A DNA stretch of 64,000 nt from Thermodesulfobacteriota bacterium (lineage in GTDB: Bacteria > Desulfobacterota > Desulfarculia > JACQYL01). The notes below the pieces were generated by a model. It did not search any database. It saw only the letters and a program-made list of their open reading frames with translations, and had not been told where the DNA came from. The stretch covers positions 2,720,001 through 2,784,000 of the forward strand of contig CAXXLZ010000002.1 in the NCBI GenBank assembly GCA_963675595.2, written 5' to 3'. A program made the translations under genes and the position numbers. Positions 49,662 through 60,272 of the stretch are shown here, one piece after another (the stretch's first letter is position 1; each line of letters starts with the position of its first letter).

Positions 49662-50362
49662 CAAACGAAGCGCCAAAACGGCAGAGGGGGGGCGGTTCGC
49701 TTGGATTGCCCGTCGCCCTGGGACTGCTTTCCGCTGCAGCGCTGATCGAGTGGTGTTGGTCTCGATGGGCCCCGACACTCCTTCCCACGATTTCGGCGAA
49801 CGCGATCCTCTCCACCGCCCTGGTACGGATCACGGATATTCTGCTGGTTGTGCTCTTCTTGAAAAGATCCGGCGGATCCTGGGAAACGGTGGGACTCGGA
49901 CGTAAGCCGGCCGCCGAAGGTTTGCGAACCGGGTTGATCTGGTGTGTGATCTTGGGGTTGGGCGCCCTTGGAATCGGCGCGGTATATGGGCTGGTATACG
50001 GAGCCCCTCCCCGCCTGTTTTCTCCGCTGCACCGACCCTGGTTCGTCCCCTCCCCGCTGGGATGGTGTTATCTTGCGACCACCGCCCTGCTGAGCCCCGC
50101 GGCGGAAGAACTGATCTTTCGCGGTGTTTTTTACAACGCGTTACGATCCAGGATGTCCGTCCCCTCGGCAATTCTCCTATCCGTTTCGATTTTCGCGGCG
50201 GCGCACGGTTCGGACTGGACGCGCATCCTTCCGGCCGCCGTTGGAGGTCTGATATTCAGCTTGGCCTTCGAGAAAACCCGAAGCCTGTGGACGCCGCTGC
50301 TCATCCACTCGGTGGGAAACACCGCCCTCTGGCTCTATGGGTGGATTACTTTAATGGAATGA
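49658..50362 (+). CDS. CPBP (CAAX/Abi) intramembrane glutamic endopeptidase
   Basis: EELIFRG, FAAAH, HSVGN motifs. Confidence 0.9.
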   Translation: MTNEAPKRQRGGGSLGLPVALGLLSAAALIEWCWSRWAPTLLPTISANAILSTALVRITDILLVVLFLKRSGGSWETVGLGRKPAAEGLRTGLIWCVILGLGALGIGAVYGLVYGAPPRLFSPLHRPWFVPSPLGWCYLATTALLSPAAEELIFRGVFYNALRSRMSVPSAILLSVSIFAAAHGSDWTRILPAAVGGLIFSLAFEKTRSLWTPLLIHSVGNTALWLYGWITLME

Positions 50363-50521
50363 GGCGCCGCAGGGTTCGCGTGAAATTCGAGTCTTAAGAG
50401 GAGGCCCCTCGGTGGGGTTTGAACCGCGGGGAGCGGAACGGTCCGGCGGCCCCGTCCCGGTTCGGCGTTGAAGGGGCGTCGCGGGCGGGAGTTCCCTTTC
50501 CCTGCGACGCCTCCGGCAGCA

Positions 50522-52087
50522 TCAGATGACCTTTCGGTCTTTCCCTTCCCAGTATTTGGATCGCAATTCCCTCTTGAGAATTTTGCCATAGTTGTTCTTG
50601 GGAAGATCGTCCACGATGTCCACGGACTTGGGTTTCTTGTAGCCGGCGATGTTGTTTTTGCAGAACTCGATGAGCTCGGCCTCGTCCAACGTGGCGTCTT
50701 TGTTCAAGGAAACCACCGCCTTGATGGCCTCACCCCATTTGTCGTCCGGGACGCCGATGACAGCCACCTCCCGCACCGCCGGATGACGAATGATCACCTC
50801 CTCGATCTCTCGTGGGTAAACGTTTTCCCCTCCGGTGATGATCATATCCTTCGATCGGTCCATGATGAAAAGGTACCCCTTCTCATCCATGTAGCCCATG
50901 TCTCCGGTGTGGAGCCATCCACTTCGAAGCGCGGATGCGGTTGCTTCCGGATTCCGCCAGTAGCCTTTCATCACCAGGTCCGAGCGGGTGACGATTTCAC
51001 CCGTCTCCCCCCTGGGTAACTCTCGATCCTCGTCGTCGAAAATGGCCACTTCCACGTCGGTACGTTGAATCCCCGCGGAAGAGAGGCGAGCCGTCCGTTC
51101 CGGACCGCCGTCGATCACGTGAGCCCATTGCGGAAGGTAGGTGATGGTCATGGGAGACTCGGCCTGTCCGAAGAGCTGAACAAGACAAGGCCCCAACTTG
51201 TTCACCGCTTCCGTCAGGTCCTTGACCAACATGGGCGCTCCCCCATAGTTCAACGCCTTGAGTGAGCTCAGGTCATGCTTTTCCAGCGCCGGATGGTCCA
51301 GGAGCAGACGAATCATGGTCGGAGCGGCGAACATGTTCGTAATCCGATGTTTTTCGATGGTCTCAAAAACAAGCTCGGGCTTAAAGGATTTGGACTCCAA
51401 AATGACGTTCACGGCCCCTTTGCCGAAATTGGGGAGCGCATACAACCCGCTCCCGTGGGAAAGTGGTGCCGCATGCAGCACGGCATCCTGCGGGCCCATA
51501 CCCGGTCGGATATCCGCGTAGAAGTTCATGGTCATGGCCAGGAGGTTCCGGTGCGTAAGCATGGCTCCCTTGGGAAGCCCGGTCGTTCCCGAAGTGTAGA
51601 AAAGCCAGGCCACGTCGTCGGGCTCCACGTCTCGTTCGCGAAACCGATCCGAGTTCCCTTGAATCAGCGTTTCGTAATCCAGAAACCCGTCCGCGGCCCC
51701 CTCCATGCTGATCACATGATCGACACGGGGAATTCGATCCCGAATCTCGACTACGGCTTCATTGAACTCGGGAGAAATTACCGCCGCTTTTGCCTCCGAG
51801 TGATCCATAATAAACGCGAATTCCTTGGGATGAAGACGGAAATTGATGGGTACGGAACCGCATCCCAGCTTGAAGCAAGCGAAGATCGCCTCAAGCATCT
51901 GTGGGTAGTTGTACATGAGGACCGCCACGTGATCCCCTTGACGGATACCCAGCTCGATCAGAGCATTGGCCAAGCGGTTCACACGGGCGTTGAACTCCGT
52001 GTAGGAAAGCTGTCTGTCGCCATGAACCACCGCCAAGTTTTCAGGCATGGCCTCGGCGGATTTCGTCACCAGTTTGCCGACGTTCAT
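50522..52087 (-). CDS. acyl-CoA synthetase (AMP-forming)
   Basis: YTSGTTGLPKG, FGQAE, WLHTGD, DRSKDMIITGGENVYPREIE, GKILK. Confidence 0.93.
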   Translation of the reverse strand: MNVGKLVTKSAEAMPENLAVVHGDRQLSYTEFNARVNRLANALIELGIRQGDHVAVLMYNYPQMLEAIFACFKLGCGSVPINFRLHPKEFAFIMDHSEAKAAVISPEFNEAVVEIRDRIPRVDHVISMEGAADGFLDYETLIQGNSDRFRERDVEPDDVAWLFYTSGTTGLPKGAMLTHRNLLAMTMNFYADIRPGMGPQDAVLHAAPLSHGSGLYALPNFGKGAVNVILESKSFKPELVFETIEKHRITNMFAAPTMIRLLLDHPALEKHDLSSLKALNYGGAPMLVKDLTEAVNKLGPCLVQLFGQAESPMTITYLPQWAHVIDGGPERTARLSSAGIQRTDVEVAIFDDEDRELPRGETGEIVTRSDLVMKGYWRNPEATASALRSGWLHTGDMGYMDEKGYLFIMDRSKDMIITGGENVYPREIEEVIIRHPAVREVAVIGVPDDKWGEAIKAVVSLNKDATLDEAELIEFCKNNIAGYKKPKSVDIVDDLPKNNYGKILKRELRSKYWEGKDRKVI

Positions 52088-52222
52088 CTTGAAACCCCTA
52101 CTCTTGATTCACGGAAGGATATATCACCCAGAAGTATTCGCGGAGGCTGCCCCCGCTTCCGTCGGAAGAGCCTCCAAAACGCCATGCACCGGCACCCATG
52201 CCGGAATGGATCCGGCTCGGTT

Positions 52223-53014
52223 TTAGGCCATGACCCAACCTCCGTCCACGTTCAATACCTGGCCGGTAATATAGTCGGAAGCGCAGGAAGCCAAAAACAC
52301 GATCGCTTCGGCCATATCCTCGGGCGCCCCCATTCTCGCGATGGGCAGACTCGAGACTCCGTAGTCGTACCCCCGGGTCATTTCGGTTTCGCAGGCGCCC
52401 GGCGCAATGGCATTGACATAAATACCGTCTTTGGCCACGTCCTTGGCCACCCATCGGGTCAGCGCCAGCACGCCGCCTTTTGCCGAGGCATAAGCCGGAC
52501 CCGAACGCCCCCGAATCTTCTCCGGTGAATCGTCCTGTTTGGATACCGCACCGCCGATGATACCCGAGATGGAACTGACGTTGACGATTTTTCCGTAACC
52601 TTGTTCCCGCATATACGGATAAGCGGCCTGGATGCAGAGAAAGGTCCCTTTCAGAATCACGCTCACAACCCGGTCCCAAGCCTCTTCCGGAGTGTCCGCC
52701 AGGGTATCCCGATGGACGATTCCCGCATTGTTCACCAGTATGTCCAGACGCCCGAGCGCTTCCACGGCCTTCCGGATCATCTCCTTTACGTCCGCTCCCC
52801 GGGAAACGTCGGCCTGTATGGAATAGGCCTTGCGCCCCATTCCGCGGATTCGTTCCACGACCTCGTCCGATGGGAGCAAATCGGACACGGCCACGTCCGC
52901 TCCTTCGCGGGCCAGAGCAAGGGCCGCGGCGGCGCCGATCCCACGGGACCCGCCGGTGACCAAGGCGCAACGTCCTTCAAGATTAATGGGACGACTGACG
53001 TTTGATTGCGGCAT
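52223..53014 (-). CDS. SDR family oxidoreductase
   Basis: TGGSRGIG, NNAG, YASAK, VNAIAPG, VDGG. Confidence 0.93.
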   Translation of the reverse strand: MPQSNVSRPINLEGRCALVTGGSRGIGAAAALALAREGADVAVSDLLPSDEVVERIRGMGRKAYSIQADVSRGADVKEMIRKAVEALGRLDILVNNAGIVHRDTLADTPEEAWDRVVSVILKGTFLCIQAAYPYMREQGYGKIVNVSSISGIIGGAVSKQDDSPEKIRGRSGPAYASAKGGVLALTRWVAKDVAKDGIYVNAIAPGACETEMTRGYDYGVSSLPIARMGAPEDMAEAIVFLASCASDYITGQVLNVDGGWVMA

Positions 53015-53134
53015 GACTCAACCTCCGGTGATCTGCATCCAATGGATCCCCGCAGCAAAATACTCGGATTGCGAATTCCTTCCCGTTGCTTCCCACCCAA
53101 CCCCGAACCTTCCGCGTTCTTCCTTTCGCGCAGC

Positions 53135-54475
53135 TTACCTGCCCATGGTTTCGGGCAACCAGTAACTCAGGATCGGCAGGGCGAAAAGCACGGTGGTGGT
53201 GATCAGCTCCAGGATGACGAACCAGAAACATCCTTTGAAAATGTCCGTCAGCGATACGTCCCGGATAACCCCGGCGAGCACATAAACGTTCAGCCCAACC
53301 GGCGGCGTGATGAGGCCCACTTCGCACAACTTGGTGGAAAGGATTCCGAACCACATGGGATTGTACCCCAACTGGGTGACCACTACGGGATACATGATGG
53401 GAAGAGTGACCAGCAACAGCGAAAAGGAGTCCAACAACATCCCGAGAGGGATATACACAATCAGAAACGCACCCACGATCAGCATGGGGTGCACCGGCAG
53501 GGTGGCCACCCATTCGGAGATCATCTGGGGGACCTGGGCCAATGTCAGAAAAAAACTGTAGAGACCCGCTCCCACGATCACGATGAACACCATGCAGGTG
53601 GTACGAAGGGTCCCTACAAAACACTCGAGAATATCGCTTCTCAGGTTGGCGTCCCCCCGGCGGCGGAACAGCAGCCCGACGAAGGCAAAGAAGGATCCTA
53701 CCGCAGCCGCCTCGGTGGGTGTGAACCAGCCGATGTAGATTCCACCGACCACAACCAAGAAGAGCGCCAGTACGCCCCAGGCATCTCTGAGGGAACGAAA
53801 TCGTTCGATCCAGGTATAGCTTTCGGGATCGGGAGCCAATGTGGGTTCCCACCGGCTGAGCGCCGTAAGGCCGAGTACGTACACCAGAACCGAAATCAAC
53901 CCGGGAATGACTCCTGCAACCAGCATGGACCCTACCGAGGTATCCGTAATGACTCCATAGAATACCAAAATCACGCTGGGCGGGATCAAAATCCCCAACA
54001 CGCCGCCTGCCGCCACGATGCCGCAGGCCAGCTTGGGATCGTATCCATGCTTGCGCATCTCAGGTACGGCCACCGCACCCATGGTGGCGGCCGTGGCCAC
54101 ACTGGACCCGGAGCAGGCGGCGAATCCGGCGCTGCCGATGATGGCCGCCACGCCCAAACCCGCGGGGAACCGGGAGAACCACTTACGGCCCATGGAAAAG
54201 ATGTCCTGTCCCAACCCCGCCTTGAAGGCGAAGTTCCCCATGATGACAAACAGAGGGACCACGACCAGCAAATAGCTGGCGGTCTGGACATAAGGGAAGA
54301 CCTTGAGCTGCGTCAGAGCCATGTCCCAACTGGAAATGGCGGCGCATCCCAGAAAACCGCTGAGACCGAGGGACACGTACACGGGAATGCCCAGGGCGAG
54401 CATTACCAATACCAAGGGTATGCTGAGTATAACGGCGAGCGAAGGATCTAACATGGAACTGCTTTCAATGATCAA
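53135..54475 (-). CDS. dctM: TRAP transporter large permease
   Basis: GSSVATAATMG, LGILIPPS, FTPTEAA, GLITPPVGLN. Confidence 0.93.
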   Translation of the reverse strand: MIIESSSMLDPSLAVILSIPLVLVMLALGIPVYVSLGLSGFLGCAAISSWDMALTQLKVFPYVQTASYLLVVVPLFVIMGNFAFKAGLGQDIFSMGRKWFSRFPAGLGVAAIIGSAGFAACSGSSVATAATMGAVAVPEMRKHGYDPKLACGIVAAGGVLGILIPPSVILVFYGVITDTSVGSMLVAGVIPGLISVLVYVLGLTALSRWEPTLAPDPESYTWIERFRSLRDAWGVLALFLVVVGGIYIGWFTPTEAAAVGSFFAFVGLLFRRRGDANLRSDILECFVGTLRTTCMVFIVIVGAGLYSFFLTLAQVPQMISEWVATLPVHPMLIVGAFLIVYIPLGMLLDSFSLLLVTLPIMYPVVVTQLGYNPMWFGILSTKLCEVGLITPPVGLNVYVLAGVIRDVSLTDIFKGCFWFVILELITTTVLFALPILSYWLPETMGR

Positions 54476-54481
54476 TGGGGG

Positions 54482-55033
54482 TCAGCGGGTTTGTTCCTGC
54501 AGAGGAATTCGGCCTCGAAGATGCTCGATCTCTTTCCACATATCCAGAATCAACTGGATGTTGAGCATCCAACACCCGATGGGCACAAGACATTTCACCC
54601 ACCAGATGGGCATCTGGACGGTTCCCCAGCGAAACTCCCGGATACGGATCGACTCGATGGCTCCGACCGCGGTTTGCCATCCCAAAATAAAGACAAAGAT
54701 GAAACAAATGAGCCAGGCTAAAAAGCTCAAACGACAAGCGGTGCGTAGAGACACACGCTCCAACAGAGCGGTCACCCGTATGTGGCCTCTTTCGATCTGA
54801 GTCCAGGCGAGGCCCAGGAACACGCAAATCACCAAAATGACTTCGTTCAGTTCGAAAATTCCGGCGATGGGTGAATTGAGGAAGTAACGAGCGGTGGCGT
54901 CTATGGTTGTACTGAACATCATAACGGCAATGGTGGCCCCGGCGATCGACGCCATGACCACACAGAATTTTCGATAGGCTTCCGAGATTCGTTGAACCAG
55001 AAGTCTTTGCGGTTGCGGAGAATTTTCAGTCAC
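54482..55033 (-). CDS. dctQ: TRAP transporter small permease
   Basis: 4 TM, RYFLNSPI..E, GHIRV. Confidence 0.9.
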   Translation of the reverse strand: MTENSPQPQRLLVQRISEAYRKFCVVMASIAGATIAVMMFSTTIDATARYFLNSPIAGIFELNEVILVICVFLGLAWTQIERGHIRVTALLERVSLRTACRLSFLAWLICFIFVFILGWQTAVGAIESIRIREFRWGTVQMPIWWVKCLVPIGCWMLNIQLILDMWKEIEHLRGRIPLQEQTR

Positions 55034-55113
55034 TGCTTATCCCGCCGTATTTCGATGGATCCATGAAACCCGGAGGCGAGGAACCCGCAGGTCCCCACCG
55101 CCGGGAAATGACC

Positions 55114-56265
55114 TTAGGATTTCTTTCCGTATTTCGCCGAGTAGACTTCCCATGGATTCTTCAGCTTGCCCGGTTCATACTTCTTGATCAGGGCGTCCAC
55201 TTTGTCCTGGAAGCCCTGCCCGTCGAATTTCATGGGTTTTGCGATATTCTCGATCCACATTTCGTATTGGGCCGGCTGTACGAGGTGAGTCGCCTTCTGG
55301 ATTTCCTCTTTGCTCAAGGTCGAGAATTTGGCCCCGGCCTGGACCATCTTATCCACGCTTTCTTCCGTAAGCTGCGTGTAGAGCTCGAGATACCTCCAAT
55401 TGTAGAGGTCATCAACGGTCTTCTGGATGATTTCCTTGAGATCGTCGGGAAGGGATTGATAGAGCTTGCGGTTCATAACCACGGTGGTGGGAGCATGGGC
55501 GCCGGCGCCGCCTTCCACGATGTAGGGCGCTTGTTCGTGCAGCTTCATTTTCTCCGCGGTGATAAAGGCGAAAGCGAACACCCCGTCCAGGATACCGCGT
55601 TCCAATGAAGTGTACACCTCACCCGCCACGATAGGCATCCCGCGTCCGCCCAGGCGATCGATGGTGTCCGCACCGATACCATAGCCGCGCACCTTCTTCC
55701 CCTTAAGCCCCTCCACGGCGGTCAGAGGCTCCTTCATCATAAAGGGGCAGTAGCTCCAGTTGGTGAAATAAAGCACCTGCGCGTTGTTCTTGTCTTCCCA
55801 TTCCTTGCGCAGTTCGGGAGTCTCGGCATACATGTCCCGGCACACGTACAGCAGGGAGTCGGCATGGTCGCAGCCTCGATAGTACCATTCCAGCCCCCGG
55901 CTCAACGGAACGTCGGAGGGATAGTATCCGTAGCTGATCAGTGAGATTTCCGACAGTCCGTCGCGAATGGCCGGGAGATGCTGTCCCACCTTATGTAGAG
56001 AGCCGGACCAGAACTTCTTGATCTCAATCCGCCCATCCGTCCGCTTGACCAATTCATCCAGGAACCAATTGTCCAGCTGGGCCGTCTCCGCCGTTTGACC
56101 GATGTAACAATCGTACTTCATGACCCACTTGCCTTCTTTGGCCGCTCTGGCGGGATTAAACCCCGGAACCACGGTCAGGCATGCGCCCAACGCCGCACCG
56201 CTCAGGACCGTCGTTCGAAGGAACTCACGTCGAGATAGGCCTTTCTTGTCTTGATCACCTACCAT
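55114..56265 (-). CDS. dctP: TRAP substrate-binding protein with Tat signal
   Basis: SRREFL twin-arginine motif; LKGKKVR, EVYTSLERGILDG; RBS AAAGGAGG. Confidence 0.88.
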   Translation of the reverse strand: MVGDQDKKGLSRREFLRTTVLSGAALGACLTVVPGFNPARAAKEGKWVMKYDCYIGQTAETAQLDNWFLDELVKRTDGRIEIKKFWSGSLHKVGQHLPAIRDGLSEISLISYGYYPSDVPLSRGLEWYYRGCDHADSLLYVCRDMYAETPELRKEWEDKNNAQVLYFTNWSYCPFMMKEPLTAVEGLKGKKVRGYGIGADTIDRLGGRGMPIVAGEVYTSLERGILDGVFAFAFITAEKMKLHEQAPYIVEGGAGAHAPTTVVMNRKLYQSLPDDLKEIIQKTVDDLYNWRYLELYTQLTEESVDKMVQAGAKFSTLSKEEIQKATHLVQPAQYEMWIENIAKPMKFDGQGFQDKVDALIKKYEPGKLKNPWEVYSAKYGKKS

Positions 56266-56644
56266 CACAACTCCTCCTTTGGTGTATATAGGGTGCATGG
56301 GCTTCGGCCGCAGAGACGAACCAAACTCAAAACGCGGCAACCCTTTAAAACCTGGGCTGGGGGTTCCAAAAATCGTTTTCGATGCTTTTCGGGATTCCGG
56401 CAAACAACCTAATACGGCCCCTTGCAGGGCGTCAAGATAAAAGCTCTTCCGGAATCCCGCCTTCGGAGAAGCTTCAGGTTCGATTCGTCAAAAGGCGCGA
56501 CTGCAAAGTCCGATTGTGGCAACCGCCCGGAATTGGTACTATCCGGTCGCTTGCCCGGCCGAATTCGGACGCGGCAAGGCTCCGGTTCTTTCAAACAGGC
56601 GCATGTCGGCAATCTCCCGACCCCAAACATCGAGGAGGACGGAT

Positions 56645-57442
56645 ATGGACAACGCGGGTATGGTCAAGGCGGCGGATTACATTTATGAAGTTCTTCGACT
56701 TCGGACGCTCCCCATCGGGGTCCGGTTTCAGGAAACGGCTTCCGGCTTCCCTGAGAAGACTCAGAGGCCCTCCAAACACATGAACAAGCGAATCACGGTT
56801 TGTCAGGCGGTCACCCTCGCCAGAACCTACGGGTGGACCGTGGGGCTCACCCGAGACGACCTGAAATGCGTTCCCGCCATGATGGCTTTGGGTATGAGTC
56901 GGTCGGCGGACCCCAAGGAGGACCTCGGAAAACTCTGGTGCGAAGTCGGACTGGCCTCCGACGGCGACAAGGCGGGCTCCGAGCTCTCCGCCATGACCTT
57001 TTTCTCCGAAGGCGAAGTCGAGGGCCTTCTCATGGCTCCCCTCAGAAAAGGAGTCTTCCAGCCCGATTTGGTGCTCCTTTACGGTAATCCCGCGCAGATC
57101 ATGCGATTGGTTCAGGCCTGGACATTCATGGAGGGAGGAAAGGTGATCGGCCAAATCGGCGGGAAAGTCGAATGTTCGGAGTACCTCATGGCTCCCCATA
57201 AAGAGCAGAGCCCTCGTGTGGCGATTCCCGGCTTGGGAGACCGCATCTTTTCCATGACGCAGGACGATGAGCTCGTCTTCTCCCTTCCGTTCAAGGATTT
57301 GGAGGAGCTCACCGAAGGTTTGTCCCGGGCCGGAGCCAAGATCGGCGCTAAGTACCCCGTAACTTTCTATATGAACTACGAGCCTGAGTTGCCGTCAAAC
57401 TACGGTGAGATGGGGCGCAAGGTAGGTCTCTTTGAGGATTGA
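56645..57442 (+). CDS. DUF169 family protein
   Basis: PIGV, VCQAV..AR, C, PDLVLLYGNPAQIMRL, ECS, GDR...DEL. Confidence 0.85.
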   Translation: MDNAGMVKAADYIYEVLRLRTLPIGVRFQETASGFPEKTQRPSKHMNKRITVCQAVTLARTYGWTVGLTRDDLKCVPAMMALGMSRSADPKEDLGKLWCEVGLASDGDKAGSELSAMTFFSEGEVEGLLMAPLRKGVFQPDLVLLYGNPAQIMRLVQAWTFMEGGKVIGQIGGKVECSEYLMAPHKEQSPRVAIPGLGDRIFSMTQDDELVFSLPFKDLEELTEGLSRAGAKIGAKYPVTFYMNYEPELPSNYGEMGRKVGLFED

Positions 57443-57684
57443 TGCCGGAATGGCTCGGACGGAAGAAGGGGGTTTCGTGTTTCCTCGGAGTCCTTGGCCG
57501 ATTGGGTTTTGAAGATTCCGATCTTCCGGCGACACCTTAAATGAGGCTGTGAGCGAAGTCGCCCCGCCCGGTCGAACGCTTCCGCGCAGGGCCGTCGTCC
57601 GACTCCATCGGCTTGACGGTGACCGGTGGGAATGATAAGCAGACTCAAATTCCACTCGGGATGGAGGATACCTTGTTCAATCAG

Positions 57685-59358
57685 ATGAAAACCTTGTGCG
57701 CCGCCGTGTTGGTGATTGTCTTCGCTACCGCAGTTCATGCCGCCGAACCCAAAAGCGTCATGGTTCTGCCTTTCACCGTCAACGCCCAAAAGGACCTCTC
57801 CTTCCTCCAGTCCGGGATTCAGGATATGCTTTCTTCCCGTCTGAGCTGGAAGGATCACGTGAACATACTGGATAAATCGCAAGCCCAGGGTGTTTATCGA
57901 AAACTCGAGGGGAGGTTCTCCACCGAAAACATTCAAAAGGAGGCGCTGGCGGCCGATGCCGACTACGTGGTTTACGGCAGCCTGACGGTCCTTGGTGAAG
58001 CGGTGAGCCTGGACGCCAAAGTGCTCGACGTCAAGCTCGGCGTCGACGTCCAAACGGTTTCCAAAGGCTTGGGGAGTATGGATCAGCTGATTCCCGCGGT
58101 GGGCGATTTCGCCGACTCCGTGAACCAAAAGGTTTTCAAGAAGGGAACCGCTGTTGCCACAGTCCCCGAGCCCCCTGCGGCATCGGATGAACCCTCGGCC
58201 GATCAGGAGGTTAAATCCCGCTTATCACCCGACTATTTCATGAGTCCGCAGGATCGAATCGATGTCTCCGCTTTGGGACCCGGCATCGTAAGGCAAGGAG
58301 GCGCCGGCAAGCCGGTACTTTGGAGGAGCCACGTTCTGCCCATGAACATAAAAGGCTTCGACATCGGTGATATGGACGGGGACGGCAAAAACGACCTGGT
58401 CGCCGTGACCGAGCAGGATGTCATTGTATTCAAACGAACGGAAGCCGGTATCGGAGAAATCGCCAAGTTCACCATCGGGAGCTTCAACACGCTGGTTTGC
58501 GTGGATATCGCCGACCTCGACCACAACGGCGTGGGCGAAGCCTACGTGGTAAACGAAACCGGAAGCATGGGAGAGACGAATTCCCTGGTGCTGGAAATGC
58601 AGGGCGGCCGCCTCGTTCCCGTCATACGTAACATACCCTGGAGTTTTCGCGTCGTTCAGGATCCCGATACCGGGGAATCCATTCTCATCGGGCAGCGCAA
58701 GAAATTCGACGGGTTTGCCAAGGGCGTGTACAAATTGAGACGTAAAGGAAATGAAATCGTGGCGGAAAAGGAGCTGAGACTGCCGTCCCGAGCCAACGCG
58801 TTCAATTTCAACCTCGCCGACCTGAACAACGACGGAAAGACCCGCGCCGTGCTCATCAACGACAACAGCTACCTGGAAGTCTATTCACTCGCCGGCGACT
58901 CCTTGTGGGAGAGCGATTATTATTTCGGCGGCACTTTGAACTACGTCATTCTCAAGTATGAAAATCCGTTCACATCGGAGGTGTCGGACCGGATGTACGT
59001 ACCGGCAAGAATCGTTATCACGGACCTTGATGAGGACGGCATCCCCGAAGTGATCGTCAATCGGAACCGCTCTTCCACGTTCCGTCTGACCAGTCGCTAC
59101 AAATTCTTCTCGGGAAGCCAAATCGTATCGCTGTCCTGGCGGGGCCTGGGGCTCTTGGAAAACTGGTCCACAACCAAAATCCCGGGCTATGTTCCCGATT
59201 ACCAGGTCAAGGATCTGGACAACGACGGCATCAGCGACTTGGTGGTGGTTATGGTCAAGCTCGATCCCACGGGACTGGCCCAGCCGAAAAGCACCTTCAT
59301 CGCTTTCCAGGTCACGCCCGAAAGCAGGGAAAAGGAGAGCGGGGGAGGCGCAAAATAG
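57685..59358 (+). CDS. exported FG-GAP/VCBS repeat protein
   Basis: Signal peptide, VMVLPF N-terminal domain; repeats GDMDGDG, DLDHNG, DLNNDG, DLDEDG, DLDNDG. Confidence 0.85.
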   Translation: MKTLCAAVLVIVFATAVHAAEPKSVMVLPFTVNAQKDLSFLQSGIQDMLSSRLSWKDHVNILDKSQAQGVYRKLEGRFSTENIQKEALAADADYVVYGSLTVLGEAVSLDAKVLDVKLGVDVQTVSKGLGSMDQLIPAVGDFADSVNQKVFKKGTAVATVPEPPAASDEPSADQEVKSRLSPDYFMSPQDRIDVSALGPGIVRQGGAGKPVLWRSHVLPMNIKGFDIGDMDGDGKNDLVAVTEQDVIVFKRTEAGIGEIAKFTIGSFNTLVCVDIADLDHNGVGEAYVVNETGSMGETNSLVLEMQGGRLVPVIRNIPWSFRVVQDPDTGESILIGQRKKFDGFAKGVYKLRRKGNEIVAEKELRLPSRANAFNFNLADLNNDGKTRAVLINDNSYLEVYSLAGDSLWESDYYFGGTLNYVILKYENPFTSEVSDRMYVPARIVITDLDEDGIPEVIVNRNRSSTFRLTSRYKFFSGSQIVSLSWRGLGLLENWSTTKIPGYVPDYQVKDLDNDGISDLVVVMVKLDPTGLAQPKSTFIAFQVTPESREKESGGGAK

Positions 59359-59383
59359 GGGTTCGAAGTCAGCCTGTAATCCC

Positions 59384-59414
59384 GGGCCCTTCCCCATGGG
59401 GAGGGCCCTTTCTT
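59384..59414 (+). terminator. intrinsic terminator
   Basis: GGGCCCTTCCCC-AT-GGGGAGGGCCC followed by TTTCTT. Confidence 0.6.
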
Positions 59415-59471
59415 ATGGTCCGACGACGCCGTCAACGCTCTGCGGGAAGGACGGGCGCGGCTCACCCCCGA

Positions 59472-60272
59472 TCATATTTCATGGGCCTTGTCGGCTCGGC
59501 CCTTCACCGGCCAAAGAGCGAGTAGGCCGCCGAGCAGACAAATCACCCCGGTCGCTTTGACGAAGACCTCCGTCCCCGGATAACCGGAATGGTAGAAAAA
59601 TATCTGGAACAGGGCCGCGCCGGTTAGAGCCCCACCCCACACTCGGACGAAGGCTTTCGAGGCTCCCCACGTCGCGCGGTGCGCGATCCGGACACCGATC
59701 CAACCGCAGGTCCATCCCAGCATAATCCCTCCGAGAACATCGGCCGGCCAATGAACTCCCACTACGCAGCGTGAAAGCCCCGCCAGGCACGCCATAATCG
59801 TCAGGCCGGCTCTGCCGGCCGGGTTTCGCACCCAGGAACCGCAAAGCACCGCGGCAAGTGCGAAGGCGGTCGATGTATGCCCCGATGGAAAAGAGCCGTG
59901 CAGCAGGGCGGGACCGATGACGTGCAGGGTGTCGGCGGGGAGGAGAGCGGGTGGGCGAGGAGACGGAATCAGGGCGTGAAGCGTATGTAGAAAAGCCGTA
60001 ACAAGCAAAGTGGCGATCACCATGCCCCAAACGGCCTCCGAACGCCGACGAAGCAAGGGAAAGACCAGGACCACGGCCATCAGCCCGTCCCCCAGGAGGG
60101 TCACATGGGCCCATAAGCCGTCCCCGGTATACTTGGATAGACCGTTCAACACCAAGAAGAGATCGCGATTCCACCCTTTCCACAGCAACGCGGCGAGCAG
60201 GATGCCGGCGATCAGGGGGGGAAGCCATACCCAAGGGGAAGGTAGGTGCGTATCCGGAGCGTTGTCACTCAT
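59472..60272 (-). CDS. PAP2 family membrane phosphatase
   Basis: PRP, SFPSGH, SRCVVGVHWPADV. Confidence 0.88.
   Translation of the reverse strand: MSDNAPDTHLPSPWVWLPPLIAGILLAALLWKGWNRDLFLVLNGLSKYTGDGLWAHVTLLGDGLMAVVLVFPLLRRRSEAVWGMVIATLLVTAFLHTLHALIPSPRPPALLPADTLHVIGPALLHGSFPSGHTSTAFALAAVLCGSWVRNPAGRAGLTIMACLAGLSRCVVGVHWPADVLGGIMLGWTCGWIGVRIAHRATWGASKAFVRVWGGALTGAALFQIFFYHSGYPGTEVFVKATGVICLLGGLLALWPVKGRADKAHEI

Noticed and set aside
53006-54451. Long antisense ORFs (e.g. 53006-54451, 31111-32421, 34101-35369, 51275-52528)
   Set aside because: They are antisense shadows of well-supported genes, expected in high-GC DNA.
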